NCBI GenBank assembly: GCA_046482825.1
Contig: JAWOEI010000028.1
Coordinates: 9,508 to 73,507 of the forward strand
Direction: 5' to 3'
From: Kiritimatiellia bacterium
Lineage (GTDB): Bacteria; Verrucomicrobiota; Kiritimatiellia; RFP12; UBA1067
Length of the DNA stretch: 64,000 nucleotides
Shown here: positions 9,530 through 19,848 of the stretch, one piece after another
Numbering within the stretch: position 1 is the stretch's first letter
Layout: every line of letters begins with the position of its first letter
Made by a program: the position numbers and the translations under genes
The notes under the pieces: model-generated
What the model saw: only the letters and a program-made list of their open reading frames with translations
Told to the model about the DNA's origin: nothing
The model's database searches: none

Positions 9530-9627
9530 TCGCGCAGAGGCGCAGAGACGCTGTGTTACAAGTGTTTCATGAACAACATATTAATAAAATATAGAGAATC
9601 TCTCTGCGTCTCTGCGCCTCCGTGCGA
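9530..9627. repeat. Imperfect palindromic intergenic element, copy A
   Basis: The arm at 9530-9551 (tcgcgcagaggcgcagagacgc) is complementary to 9606-9627 (gcgtctctgcgcctccgtgcga) at 20 of 22 positions. The loop is 54 nt and AT-rich. Each arm is a tandem of an 8-mer (CGCAGAGR / TCTCTGCG). Confidence 0.8.
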
Positions 9628-9773
9628 GAACGTATTTGATCTGTTCAGTCATCCCATTAGTTTCGATTGTCCAATATTGCCAAGCATAATGAATTTTGTC
9701 GCATTTAGCGTTGCAATCCGGCCACAAAAAAAACGAATCACGGCCGTCGCCTGTGATCCGTTCTGTAATGATA

Positions 9774-9849
9774 TGGTGGCGGGAGAGGGACTCGAACCCC
9801 CGACCGGCGGATTATGATTCCGATGCTCTACCAACTGAGCTATCCCGCC
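9774..9849 (-). tRNA. tRNA with CAT anticodon (elongator Met, or Ile2 if lysidine-modified), CCA encoded
   Basis: A 76-nt cloverleaf read by hand: GGCGGGA/TCCCGCC acceptor, GCTC/GAGC D stem, ATCATAA anticodon loop, GGGGG-TTCGAGT-CCCTC T arm. G1-C72 and the anticodon stem argue against an initiator tRNA. Confidence 0.9.
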
Positions 9850-9868
9850 ATACCGGAAAAGTCCCGTG

Positions 9869-9897
9869 AATATACCCTAAATACGTGTACATGTCAA
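9869..9897 (-). promoter_or_regulatory. Sigma70-type promoter for the tRNA (TTGACA-17 nt-TATATT)
   Basis: On the minus strand, TTGACA is at 9897-9892 and TATATT at 9874-9869, separated by a 17-nt spacer. The -10 element ends 19 nt upstream of the tRNA 5' end. Confidence 0.6.
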
Positions 9898-9940
9898 CAG
9901 ACAGAATGCTTTTTTCTGATTCGGCTAAAACAATCACTGT

Positions 9941-10225
9941 TCATTCTTCAAATACAAATATAGTTTCGTTTTTCCAGACATGATTGTTTTCGTGAAGTAT
10001 GTATTCTACGAACTCATAATCCGTCTTGAAATCGTTCTGCATTTCACGCAGTTCACGCACCTCTTTTTCAGTGCGGCAGATTTCTTCAATGAGTTCAAGA
10101 CGTCTCTCTTCAAGATCACTTTTCTGTTTCACAACAGGCGCAATATTAGCCACCCCGAGCACAACCACAATGGTTGTACACATGAATGCGAAACAATTCA
10201 GAAGCTTTTTGCGTAGTTTAATCAC
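9941..10225 (-). CDS. Septum formation initiator-like protein (FtsB/DivIC-like)
   Basis: 94 aa with an N-terminal TM helix (CFAFMCTTIVVVLGVANIA) followed by a coiled-coil/leucine-zipper-like segment, the typical FtsB/DivIC architecture. Confidence 0.55.
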   Translation of the reverse strand: MIKLRKKLLNCFAFMCTTIVVVLGVANIAPVVKQKSDLEERRLELIEEICRTEKEVRELREMQNDFKTDYEFVEYILHENNHVWKNETIFVFEE

Positions 10226-10336
10226 AAAAGACAGCTCTGGTTAAAATTCATACAATCCCCTAATCTTCTTGCATTTAATTCTTTTTTTGGATGAATGTCA
10301 AAGAAAATTATGTTTTTTTTACCATAAAATACGCAA

Positions 10337-11257
10337 CTATCCCTGATATCGCATATCAGACGAATTCCAGACGCTTTCCCGCACAATACGGAATTTTACA
10401 GGTGAAACACCACGCATACGCTTGAACTGACGCGAAAAGTGATAAATCGACTCAAAGCCCGTCTGTTCCGCAATCGCTCCTACCGGGAGAGAGCTTTCCA
10501 TAAGCAGAGTTTCCGCACGATGCATGCGTGCCTCCAGCTGGAACTGTTTAGGAGAAAGGCCGGTTGCCTGTTTGAAAAGTACACGCAGCCGCGAAACACT
10601 TAATCCGGCCTGAACAGCGGCTTCTTCCACAGAGGGAGTCTTCATCAGATCATTGGTCAGATACTGCCGCATACGCTCAACAACAGCAAAGTGCCGGGCA
10701 CAAGGAGCTTTACTCCGCCACAGAGCAATCACATGAACCAGAATGCTGTACGCTCCGGCGGCAAGTTCCTGCTGAACACCGTAGCTCTCCTCACGGGAAC
10801 AGTCATAAAGCTGCTGGTAAAGACGAGCAAGCCGCGGTGTGGCATCAAAAGTCCGCAAAGGCGAATCCTCGGTTATTCCGGCCTGACGAATCAGCGGAAG
10901 CGCATCCCGGGTATCGAGTTCCACCCACTGGGAATGCCATCCGGTTTCCACATCGGGACAATATGCATGCCGTATTTCCGGAAAAACACATATCACGGTA
11001 TTCGCTTTTATCGGCAGCTCGCCGGACGGACCGGAACGAAAACAGCCTTCTCCGCGGGAAACAAAAACCAGAGTCAAAGTGGAAAGCACACGTCCTTTTT
11101 CCCATGTATAGCGGTGGTCAACCGGATGATCCCCCAATGGAAAACCTTTATAACCAGGCTCATAGTTGCTGTAACCAAGCGACCTGACCCGAAAAGGCCA
11201 TTTCCGCATAACCGGAGTATCCGGATAATATTGAGAGTAAAAAGGAGAGTTCGGCAT
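10337..11257 (-). CDS. AraC family transcriptional regulator
   Basis: C-terminal double HTH (SVEEAAVQAGLSVSRLRVLFK ... VGAIAEQTGFESIYHFSRQFKR) and an N-terminal cupin-like sensor. The start is ambiguous: ATG 11257 or GTG 11305. Confidence 0.8.
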   Translation of the reverse strand: MPNSPFYSQYYPDTPVMRKWPFRVRSLGYSNYEPGYKGFPLGDHPVDHRYTWEKGRVLSTLTLVFVSRGEGCFRSGPSGELPIKANTVICVFPEIRHAYCPDVETGWHSQWVELDTRDALPLIRQAGITEDSPLRTFDATPRLARLYQQLYDCSREESYGVQQELAAGAYSILVHVIALWRSKAPCARHFAVVERMRQYLTNDLMKTPSVEEAAVQAGLSVSRLRVLFKQATGLSPKQFQLEARMHRAETLLMESSLPVGAIAEQTGFESIYHFSRQFKRMRGVSPVKFRIVRESVWNSSDMRYQG

Positions 11258-11441
11258 AAAACAAATTATCTGCCGGGTAAGCCCCGGCAGAGTCCCGATG
11301 CACACTGCCCTCAGTGTGCCTGATTAAACACCGGATCAACACATATTCCAAAGCGCAACTATTTTTATATAATCATTTTCCGCCTCAGATAACAAGAAAC
11401 ATAAATAAAAATATTCTATGCAATGCCGGTGATACCGTATA

Positions 11442-13910
11442 TCAGTACATCACCCACTCAGGAGGTGAAGGCAGACCGACCTCAGTACGGCCGGAAACTG
11501 GCGGAACCCAGAATCTGGTACTCCATGCGGCATCGGAGTGTTTCCAGTCACCGAACATGGGCAGGACCGATGTCCTGATGCCCACCTCGAGTTTCACCTT
11601 TTTCCCCTTTAAGTTTGCTGGCACTTTCCATTCGTAGGGAAACCAGGCCCGTTCCCCCATATCAACGCCGTCAAGAGAAGCGGATGTGTAAAGACCGCCT
11701 GTATTCAGTTTAAGACGAAGATCACCCCTGCCTTCAGGCACATCCACCAACGCGGAATACACGGCTTTCCCGGTAAAGCAGGGCAGTCCCTGCCCTGTCA
11801 GTGTTCCTGCTGAGACCCTGGAACTGAGAGGTTTTAGCACTCTCTGTTTTTCGACTGCAAAGGAACCGGACAGAAAGGCAACAGGAAGAAAGAAGTTCGT
11901 ATCAGACCCGCCCCCGGAAATCGTCATTATATGTTCACCGGCCGCCAGTTTTATGGGCTCGCTCTGCAGGTAAAGGGTCTTGAACCCCTGAACCAGAGAG
12001 TCGCAGGAGTGCTTTGTCTCCACAACTTTACCATCCAGCAGCACTTTATTCGCATCAGGATAGTTGCGCACTGCAATACTCACGTTGTCGAGAGAACTCT
12101 CAACTGTAAACACCGCCTTCTTATCGGAGTTAAACACCAGACGACACAGATTATCGGTGCTGAGATCAATATCATAAACGGTTTCCGGCGGCACCTTTGC
12201 ACACAGTTTTCCGTTGGAAACAGCTTCACCTCGGACATTGCCGTTTTCATCCAGAACAAAAACTCCACGCTCCGGCAAATCAAAGACGACATCCTCTCCG
12301 CCTTTCTGTTTCAAAAGCAGCGATTTACGCATATCAGATGTAAGATTCAAAACAACAATGTTTCCATCCTTGTAACAACGGAGTAGAATATCCTTAATCC
12401 GCTTCCCCTTCTTATCCAGAATCCGCACCGCAGGCGGACGTTGTTCATGCATAAAAGCAACCGCGTCAGCTGGTCGTTTAAAAACCCTGCCGGACTTCTC
12501 CTCCTTTAAACTCCCGCCTGTAAAAGCGAAAACAAAGGGCTTGTCACACGGCTCATTCTCCTCATAGAGATCACAGGCTGTCTGGCCCTCCGATTCAAAA
12601 CAGCGCAATGTTTTATTCAGCAGAGGATGTTTCTTTTTACAGATACCGTGTATCGCTGATTCGCTGCGCGGATAGCGGATGCCCACATCACAGATGAAAG
12701 GTTTTGATGCATATAAAGCCGCCAGTCGGGCTTCATCACTCAGAAGCCGTAGCGCAGGGAACCATGGCTGCATTCGGCTGAAGGGATTAAAGTAAGCGTG
12801 CTTCTCCACATTTCCACGCGCATCCAGAGGTGCAACAGCCAGTACGTAGTGATCCAGCTTATGCATGGCACTCAGCCAGATCATCTGACGTTGTCTGGCA
12901 AGCTTCATATCGGCGGGGCCCAGGGCGAACAGCTCCACAAGCCCCCCGTTGCCGTTTCTGCCAGCTGCATGCTGGGCAACCCCGAAGGTGATCCATTCTA
13001 TCGACTGGGAGGTAGTGCGGGTGCCGATCTCATCCATGCCCGGCAGGGAAAGGCCTTTGAGAACATGCATGGGCGCACCATTGCACTTGAAAGATATTGA
13101 TGTGCTGCTTTCCGCAATCATATGACCGGTCGAAAGAATTCCCATGCTGTCGCACCAGGCGCGGATCGGATCAAAGTACGCCGTCCGGAAACGCCGTCCC
13201 AGCAACTCCGCATAGACCGGCCAAACGGCATTCTTTGATTTGTCAACCAGGTAAGCCTCGACATCCTTGCGGAAACTGCGTCCGGTCTTGGCTTTGTATT
13301 CCTCATCAAGGCCGTTATAATAACGGAATTGCAGAACCGGTTTTCCCGGCACCTCGACATGGCCCGGGTGGGCGGGTTCATCGGTGAAGATGCCTTTGAT
13401 AGTGGAACCCATATAGTTACGAAGATGTTTTTCGTACTGTTTATGAGTCATCTCGATAAAGAGCTTCATTGCTTCGAAGCTGTAGTTATCCACTCTATCC
13501 GGGGTGGGAACTCGTTTCCATTCGAAAACTCCATCTTTGTTTTTGTACACAGCATAGATGCGATAGCAGAAGTCGGGATTCGCTGCCTGGACACGATTTT
13601 TGCAGGAACCACTCGGCCAGTTGTACTCATCATAGAGCCAGATACCCATACCGAGCCGCTCGGCGTGCTTGCAGATCCATTCGCATACCTGAAACCACTC
13701 ATCTCCAAGATACTCCAGCTCCAATCCGCTGCGGGGATAGATGAGAAACTGATCAATACCTACAGCTTTGTAGGATTCGAGGGTTTCTTTAATCTGTGCC
13801 TCGGTCGGTTTGCCTGTAACCGCTCCCATAGGAATGAGAGGCGAAAGAGGTTTATATGCAAAAGTCACAGAAACGAGACAGCACAGCATCAGTAATATAA
13901 TTTTTCTCAT
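11442..13910 (-). CDS. Secreted putative glycoside hydrolase (TIM-barrel plus beta-sandwich; GH106-like/jelly-roll glycosylhydrolase-like by motif memory)
   Basis: 822 aa with signal peptide MRKIILLMLCCLVSVTFA and the motif WLYDEYNWPSG. It lies next to the AraC regulator. The family assignment is tentative. Confidence 0.55.
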   Translation of the reverse strand: MRKIILLMLCCLVSVTFAYKPLSPLIPMGAVTGKPTEAQIKETLESYKAVGIDQFLIYPRSGLELEYLGDEWFQVCEWICKHAERLGMGIWLYDEYNWPSGSCKNRVQAANPDFCYRIYAVYKNKDGVFEWKRVPTPDRVDNYSFEAMKLFIEMTHKQYEKHLRNYMGSTIKGIFTDEPAHPGHVEVPGKPVLQFRYYNGLDEEYKAKTGRSFRKDVEAYLVDKSKNAVWPVYAELLGRRFRTAYFDPIRAWCDSMGILSTGHMIAESSTSISFKCNGAPMHVLKGLSLPGMDEIGTRTTSQSIEWITFGVAQHAAGRNGNGGLVELFALGPADMKLARQRQMIWLSAMHKLDHYVLAVAPLDARGNVEKHAYFNPFSRMQPWFPALRLLSDEARLAALYASKPFICDVGIRYPRSESAIHGICKKKHPLLNKTLRCFESEGQTACDLYEENEPCDKPFVFAFTGGSLKEEKSGRVFKRPADAVAFMHEQRPPAVRILDKKGKRIKDILLRCYKDGNIVVLNLTSDMRKSLLLKQKGGEDVVFDLPERGVFVLDENGNVRGEAVSNGKLCAKVPPETVYDIDLSTDNLCRLVFNSDKKAVFTVESSLDNVSIAVRNYPDANKVLLDGKVVETKHSCDSLVQGFKTLYLQSEPIKLAAGEHIMTISGGGSDTNFFLPVAFLSGSFAVEKQRVLKPLSSRVSAGTLTGQGLPCFTGKAVYSALVDVPEGRGDLRLKLNTGGLYTSASLDGVDMGERAWFPYEWKVPANLKGKKVKLEVGIRTSVLPMFGDWKHSDAAWSTRFWVPPVSGRTEVGLPSPPEWVMY

Positions 13911-14172
13911 AATCTACCCTTGTGTAAGGAGCTTCAGCATTTTATTGTAAAAATGAAAATGTCGTTTACGCCGCACAGATTGCTCCCCCGTCCACCTGTC
14001 CGGTCTGTGCAAATGCTTCGACATATTGCCGATTATGGTATTTTTACTGCTGTAAATAAATAGCATAATGAATTAAATATTTACCATTTTCGATTGCCGT
14101 TGAATTCTTTCACGGCTCTGCAACAGCCTTGGAACAAAATCCTCCTTCTGAAATATATATTATTTTCAGGCA

Positions 14173-15108
14173 TCAATACGCCAGACCGGGAATCAGACGG
14201 GACAACTGCTGCATACGCATGCGGTATTCTTTTATTTCGGAATCACTGTCGATATCGGGCAGGTCTGCGGCATGCTTTTTTTTCCACGCCTTATATTTAT
14301 CATGAATCTGCTTATATTCTTTTTTGAGCTTAACTTCTTCATTTTTCATACGCCTGAGCTGATCATCCAGGCGAGAACGCTTCAAACCGGTTGAGCTGTC
14401 CCTCTGGCCTGTAAGTTCCCCTGCCGCTTCTATATGATCCATAAACCGTTCGTAGGCGGATTTGTATTTGAGGTAATGCGGATTTTTTCTTGCTGTCTGT
14501 TCCATCAATGCAATCCTGCGCTTCTCCATCATCCCTTTCAGCCTATAGTATTCCTGAAGATTGTTCCGGCTGGCTTCGGAAAGATCAGAAAAACTACCTG
14601 AGAAAAGACTGACGTCCGTCTGTTTGATCAGACAGGGACCAATCTCTCTGCCTTTATACCTTAACTTGCAGAGAACCATAGAACCCTTGGACGATTTACG
14701 CAACTCGATAAATTCCAGGATCACACCGCCGGGAATCTCACCAAGGCGTTTACCTTTCGGGTCATAGAAAGCGGTTCCATGTCGCACAACCCCCCAGGAA
14801 GGGTTTTCCCCATGTCCCGGAGTGACCCTGAAAATTCCAAGTAGCGCGGGAGGATCATCAACAGAAAGATTGTCGTTTTTATGCACTCCAGCAGCAGATG
14901 CGCCGGAAGAAATTGCATCGTCAGGCTTGAATTCCCCCGCTGCAATTATCTTTGACTTGTTAAAAACAGGTTCCGTTTTTTCATTTACAGCTACTTTGTT
15001 TTTTCTGTGAAATTTTTTGAGAACCGGGCCGGACGAAGGAGCAACCCGCCACACAGCAACACTGCCAGCAACCGCAACAGATATGTAGATTACCCAGAAT
15101 TTTTTCAT
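14173..15108 (-). CDS. Hypothetical membrane-anchored protein with a C-terminal coiled-coil
   Basis: 311 aa. N-terminal anchor MKKFWVIYISVAVAGSVAVW, a central beta-rich domain and a K/E/R-rich helical C-terminus. No family recognised. Confidence 0.6.
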   Translation of the reverse strand: MKKFWVIYISVAVAGSVAVWRVAPSSGPVLKKFHRKNKVAVNEKTEPVFNKSKIIAAGEFKPDDAISSGASAAGVHKNDNLSVDDPPALLGIFRVTPGHGENPSWGVVRHGTAFYDPKGKRLGEIPGGVILEFIELRKSSKGSMVLCKLRYKGREIGPCLIKQTDVSLFSGSFSDLSEASRNNLQEYYRLKGMMEKRRIALMEQTARKNPHYLKYKSAYERFMDHIEAAGELTGQRDSSTGLKRSRLDDQLRRMKNEEVKLKKEYKQIHDKYKAWKKKHAADLPDIDSDSEIKEYRMRMQQLSRLIPGLAY

Positions 15109-15243
15109 AGTTGAAAACAGCGGAATTATAAGGCTATGCTCATGCGGCCGGTTAATACAGTAAAGTAAAACGGTTTGTTAAACAGAAAGAGAGGAGTCTC
15201 ATGACACCTCCCTTGTCCGCAATTTCAAAAATTCACTTAAAAC

Positions 15244-15633
15244 TCATCCGGCTTTATTTTTCAGCTTACGCGGAAGTGAACGCAGACGGGCCTTTTTACC
15301 TGTAAGCTTACGCAGATAATAAAGCTTGGCGCGACGGACACGCCCTGAACGTTCCACCTCGATTTTATCGACATAGGGTGAGTAAAGCGGAAACACCTTC
15401 TCAACGCCGACACCGAAAGCTATGCGACGCACAGTGTAGGTAGCGTTGTTTCCACCGCCGTCGTGAGCGATGACAACACCACTGAACACCTGAATGCGTT
15501 CCTTGCCGCCTTCTTTGATTTTTACATGCACTTTAACACTGTCGCCAATGCTGAACTCGGGAGCTGGCTTACCCTCAGATATTTCAGCCACCTGCTCCGC
15601 ATTAATCTTATCAATCGCTTCTGCAATCATCAT
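15244..15633 (-). CDS. rplS: 50S ribosomal protein L19
   Basis: 129 aa with [30 protein letters not shown]...YTVRR, typical of L19. Confidence 0.95.
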   Translation of the reverse strand: MMIAEAIDKINAEQVAEISEGKPAPEFSIGDSVKVHVKIKEGGKERIQVFSGVVIAHDGGGNNATYTVRRIAFGVGVEKVFPLYSPYVDKIEVERSGRVRRAKLYYLRKLTGKKARLRSLPRKLKNKAG

Positions 15634-15669
15634 CCAACTCCTTTACCTAAAAAACTTCTTGATTCAATA

Positions 15670-16353
15670 TCACTTCAACAGATCCGGTCTACGCCGGGCA
15701 GTTCTATCCAATGCCTGCTTCTTACGCCAAGCCTCAACCGCAGCGTGATGTCCGCTTTGCAGCACATCCGGAATCTTCATACCCCGGTACACAGCAGGAC
15801 GCGTGTACTGCGGATACTCAAGCATACCGTTAGAAAACGATTCATCAACCGCAGCCTCCTGTCCGCCTCCCAGCACACCGGGCAACAGACGAACAACCGC
15901 ATCAATCATAACAGCGGCTGGCAGCACTCCATTGGTAAGCACATAATCACCAATCGAAAATTCGTCAGTTACAAGGGCTTCGCGTACCCGCTCATCAATA
16001 CCCTCATAATGCCCGCACAAAAATATAAGGTGTTTCTCTCCGGTCAACTTTTCAGCATCCGTCTGCCGAAAGCAACTTCCTGACGGAGTCATCAGAATAA
16101 CCCGCGCCTTTTCTGTACGGACTGACTCAACGGCTTCAAACCAAAGCTCCGGTTTCATAATCATCCCGGGACCGCCGCCGTAGGGTCTGTCATCCGATGT
16201 TCTGCGCGCATCATGCGCGAAATCACGCAGATTGACTGTCCTGAAGCGGACAGCTCCCAAATCCACCGCCCTTTTCAGCATGCTTTCCTGGAGAAAACCA
16301 TTCAGCATGCCGGGAAAAACGGTAATAACATCAATTTTCAGGAGACCGTCCAT
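15670..16353 (-). CDS. trmD: tRNA (guanine37-N1)-methyltransferase TrmD
   Basis: 227 aa with IDVITVFPGM, DDRPYGGGPGM and CGHYEGIDERV. Confidence 0.95.
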   Translation of the reverse strand: MDGLLKIDVITVFPGMLNGFLQESMLKRAVDLGAVRFRTVNLRDFAHDARRTSDDRPYGGGPGMIMKPELWFEAVESVRTEKARVILMTPSGSCFRQTDAEKLTGEKHLIFLCGHYEGIDERVREALVTDEFSIGDYVLTNGVLPAAVMIDAVVRLLPGVLGGGQEAAVDESFSNGMLEYPQYTRPAVYRGMKIPDVLQSGHHAAVEAWRKKQALDRTARRRPDLLK

Positions 16354-16373
16354 ATCAAGACAGCTCTGTCTGA

Positions 16374-16634
16374 CTAAGCTTCTTCGGTTGCGGCAGCAGC
16401 ACGTCTGGCTTTCTTCACCATACTTGCAACCGTTTCCGACAGCTGAGCACCCTTGGACTTCCAGTATTCAATCCGGTCCAGATCCAGCTTGAAATTCTCG
16501 CCTTCCCTCTTCGGTTCATACCATCCGAGTATCTCTAAAAACTTTCCATCACGTGGTGACCGCTTATCAGCAGCGACAACACGATACGCTGCATGATTCC
16601 TGCAGCCGGTTCTACGTAGTCTGATTTTGACCAT
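16374..16634 (-). CDS. rpsP: 30S ribosomal protein S16
   Basis: MVKIRLRRTGCRNHAAYRVVAAD... The ATG at 16634 is preceded by GGAGGAAATA. The track start at 16646 is a TTG inside that ribosome-binding site. Confidence 0.95.
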   Translation of the reverse strand: MVKIRLRRTGCRNHAAYRVVAADKRSPRDGKFLEILGWYEPKREGENFKLDLDRIEYWKSKGAQLSETVASMVKKARRAAAATEEA

Positions 16635-16851
16635 TATTTCCTCCAAAATGAACAGTAATATACCAATCTATGCCCCTCTTTTGCAAGGGGGAATTTAGGG
16701 TTATCTGTATTTTCATGAATTTCAGCGGATCTGTACTCCATTCCCTGCAATCCGTTTACTCGCAGTACATCGGGCAGACGTCAGACAGAATTTATTCTCC
16801 GTCACTGAAAACACCTGTAACGACTGCTGTAATATCCGGAAGCGAAAAGCA

Positions 16852-19584
16852 TTACTCTTTCGAATTCTTGCCGGAGGACGGTATCTTTTTTTTCGTCCTT
16901 TTTACAGTTTTTCTCGTCGTTGTTTTCTTTGCAGAACCGGAATCCGCCTTTTTTTTCGTTGTTCTTTTTCTGCGTGATGTCGTTTTTTCCGCGGCCAGCG
17001 ACAATTCGCCACGCATCCTGAATGTCAGGCAGTCACCCTCGGGAGCAACATCCACATCAATGACTCCGGAAGTAAGCAGCCCGCGCAGCAACTCTTCCGC
17101 AACAGGATCCTCGATGTGGCGTTCCACAGTACGACGCAACGGACGAGCTCCAAGCGAAGGGTCATACCCTTTTGACACGAGAAAATCAACGGCTTTCGCA
17201 TTCAGCTTCAGTGAAATATCCTTCGATGCCAGACGATTGCGGACTTTGCTCAGCTCCATATCAAGAATCCGGACGACATCATCCCGGTCGAGTTTTTTGA
17301 AAACAATCAGATCGTCAAAGCGATTCAGCAACTCCGGTTTGAATATCTGTTTGGCGGCAACCATCATCCTGTCCTTGAGGCGCTCGTAATCCACACTGCT
17401 GGAACCCTTATTGAAACCGAGGCCCTGTCCTTTATCGTAATCAAAACCGAGATTGGAAGTGAGAATCACCACAGTATTACGAAAATCCACCATAACCCCC
17501 AGACTGTCCGAAAGACGACCCTCTTCCAATATCTGCAAGAGCATGTGCATTACATCGGGATGAGCCTTTTCAACCTCATCAAACAGAACCACACTGTAAG
17601 GACGGCGACGGACCCGTTCGGTAAGTTGCCCCCCCTCCTCATGTCCAATATAGCCCGGAGGTGAACCTATCAGGCGGGAGACCGTAAATTTCTCCATATA
17701 TTCCGACATATCAAGCTGTATCAGAGCTTTTTCATCGCCGAACATCTGTTCCGCCAGAGACTTGGCAAGAAGTGTTTTACCAACACCGGTAGGGCCGAGA
17801 AAGAGGAAGGAACCGATCGGGCGGTCAGGATCCTTCAGATCAGCGCGGGCACGGCGAAGTGCGCGTGCTACAGACTCAATCGCCGGATACTGTCCGGCCA
17901 CGTGCTTTTCAAGCTCCTCTTCAATATTAAGCATACGAGTCCGCTCGGTTTTACTCATCCTTTTGATAGGAACACCGGAAATATGGGCAACGGTTTCAGT
18001 TATATCATCAACCGTGACCGGCAAAGCCTTATCAGTACACTCCGCTTTCCACGCGGCCACAATCTCATCGCGCTTCTTCATTGCAACGCGCTCCCTGTCG
18101 CGCAAAGCCGCAGCCTCTTCAAAGTGCTGATTCTTGATGGCTTCGTCTTTTTGCGCACTGATCTCACGTATGGTTTTTTCATGCTCACGGATATCAGGCG
18201 GCAGTACCGCCACCCGCATACGGACACGCGCACCTGACTCATCAAGAGCGTCTATCGCCTTGTCAGGCAACTGACGCGCCGGCTGATAACGTTTAGTAAG
18301 GCGTACTGCTGCCTCCAGAGCCTCGGCATCGTAAAGAACATTGTGATGGGCTTCATAACGGGGAGCAATCCCCTGAAGAATTCTGATTGCCTCCTCGATG
18401 CCGGGTTCATCAACCCGTACTGTCTGAAAACGGCGTTCCAGGGCAGCATCCTTCTCAATCCGTTTACGATATTCATTCAGTGTCGTTGCGCCTATGCACT
18501 GCAGCTCACCGCGTGCCAGAGCTGGCTTGATGATATTAGCGGCATCCATGCTGCCTTCAGCTCCACCCGCTCCGACAATGGTATGCAGCTCATCCAGAAA
18601 CAGAATAACATTTTTACTAGCGCGTATTTCCTCCACAACGTTCTTCAGACGTTCTTCAAACTGCCCCCGGTATTTGGTTCCGGCAACCATCAGAGCCATA
18701 TCAAGAGCAACAACCCGCTTGCCGCGCACCAGTTCAGGAACATTGCCATCAGCAATAGCCTGGGCAAGACCTTCCACAACCGCTGTTTTACCGACACCTG
18801 CCTCGCCCAGTAAAACGGCATTGTTTTTTGAACGACGGCAGAGAATCTGCACTACACGCTCCAGCTCTTCTTTGCGGCCTACAACCGGATCCAGCTCGCC
18901 TTTTCCTGCGAGAGCAGTAAGATCACGCCCGAACATATCCAGACCGGAATTTTTCTTGTTCGCGGAAGGGGAATCGCCTGCGAACTGGCCGGGCGCAACC
19001 ATTCCCGCACCGAAAATCTCCTCAGGAGAAGGCATACTGTAAGGGCCGGGCAATTCGTCATCGTCATCATCGAAATCACCGAAGACATCCTCCATATCAT
19101 CATCTTCATCAGAATCATTGGTGCGGTTGATCCTGTCAAGTCCGGCGAGAATATCATTCATCAGGGGCATAATACTTTCCTGGCTGATTCCCAGATGCCT
19201 CAGCACATGCCCCGCGACACCTTCACCTTCACGAAGGAGAGCCAGAAATATATGAATAGTGCCAGCAGCTTCAAAACCGGTAACGCGCGCCAGAGTAACG
19301 GCCAGCTGCAGAACTTTTTTAGTCCTCGGCGTATAAGGCAGATCACCGCGTATAGTCACACTGCCATAAGCACCGACAAACCGTTCAACCGAATTGCGTA
19401 TATCGGAAAGATTAACTCCAAATTTCTCCATAATATCAGCCACCACACTGCCATCAACAGCCACTATGCCTATCAGCAGATGTTCCGTGCCGACATAGGG
19501 ATGATTAAGACCTTTAGCCTCACGCATAGCAATATCAACAGCCGCCATGGCCTGGTCTGTGTATTTCCCAAAACTGTCTAACAT
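16852..19584 (-). CDS. clpC: ATP-dependent Clp protease ATP-binding subunit, ClpC-like AAA+ chaperone
   Basis: 910 aa with Clp_N repeats, two AAA+ modules ([16 protein letters not shown]) and a UVR-like [11 protein letters not shown]. It also has an acidic insertion after the N-domain and a Lys-rich C-terminal tail. Confidence 0.9.
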   Translation of the reverse strand: MLDSFGKYTDQAMAAVDIAMREAKGLNHPYVGTEHLLIGIVAVDGSVVADIMEKFGVNLSDIRNSVERFVGAYGSVTIRGDLPYTPRTKKVLQLAVTLARVTGFEAAGTIHIFLALLREGEGVAGHVLRHLGISQESIMPLMNDILAGLDRINRTNDSDEDDDMEDVFGDFDDDDDELPGPYSMPSPEEIFGAGMVAPGQFAGDSPSANKKNSGLDMFGRDLTALAGKGELDPVVGRKEELERVVQILCRRSKNNAVLLGEAGVGKTAVVEGLAQAIADGNVPELVRGKRVVALDMALMVAGTKYRGQFEERLKNVVEEIRASKNVILFLDELHTIVGAGGAEGSMDAANIIKPALARGELQCIGATTLNEYRKRIEKDAALERRFQTVRVDEPGIEEAIRILQGIAPRYEAHHNVLYDAEALEAAVRLTKRYQPARQLPDKAIDALDESGARVRMRVAVLPPDIREHEKTIREISAQKDEAIKNQHFEEAAALRDRERVAMKKRDEIVAAWKAECTDKALPVTVDDITETVAHISGVPIKRMSKTERTRMLNIEEELEKHVAGQYPAIESVARALRRARADLKDPDRPIGSFLFLGPTGVGKTLLAKSLAEQMFGDEKALIQLDMSEYMEKFTVSRLIGSPPGYIGHEEGGQLTERVRRRPYSVVLFDEVEKAHPDVMHMLLQILEEGRLSDSLGVMVDFRNTVVILTSNLGFDYDKGQGLGFNKGSSSVDYERLKDRMMVAAKQIFKPELLNRFDDLIVFKKLDRDDVVRILDMELSKVRNRLASKDISLKLNAKAVDFLVSKGYDPSLGARPLRRTVERHIEDPVAEELLRGLLTSGVIDVDVAPEGDCLTFRMRGELSLAAEKTTSRRKRTTKKKADSGSAKKTTTRKTVKRTKKKIPSSGKNSKE

Positions 19585-19848
19585 AAATTCACCTTATTAA
19601 AATTCCCGGGAGAAAAAATCAATTCCGCTGCTTGAGGCCTGAATCACTGCCGAATGCGGAAAATTACATTATCAGATACCTGAACCTGTTTGTCTCCATG
19701 AATTCTTTATATTAACAAAACCCGGTGTGAACGGCAAGGTCAGGACAGAAATCAGACGCAGGAGAAAAATGTATATCCGCAACAAAGCTTGCGCCCATGA
19801 AAACCGCTCGCAAAAAGATGTGACAGAATCTATATACACCGAATACAG

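Noticed and set aside
9569-9817. An 82-aa plus-strand ORF upstream of dnaG.
   Set aside because: It is translated through the palindromic repeat arm (SLCVSAPPCE) and runs antisense into the tRNA gene, so it is an artefact of the repeat and the tRNA.
10691-11323. A 210-aa plus-strand ORF inside the AraC regulator gene.
   Set aside because: It is an antisense shadow ORF, and the AraC HTH on the minus strand is unambiguous.
16670-17389. A 239-aa plus-strand ORF overlapping the clpC 3' end.
   Set aside because: It is antisense to the clpC C-terminal domain and Lys-rich tail. The F/S/R-rich composition mirrors the poly-Lys codons on the other strand.
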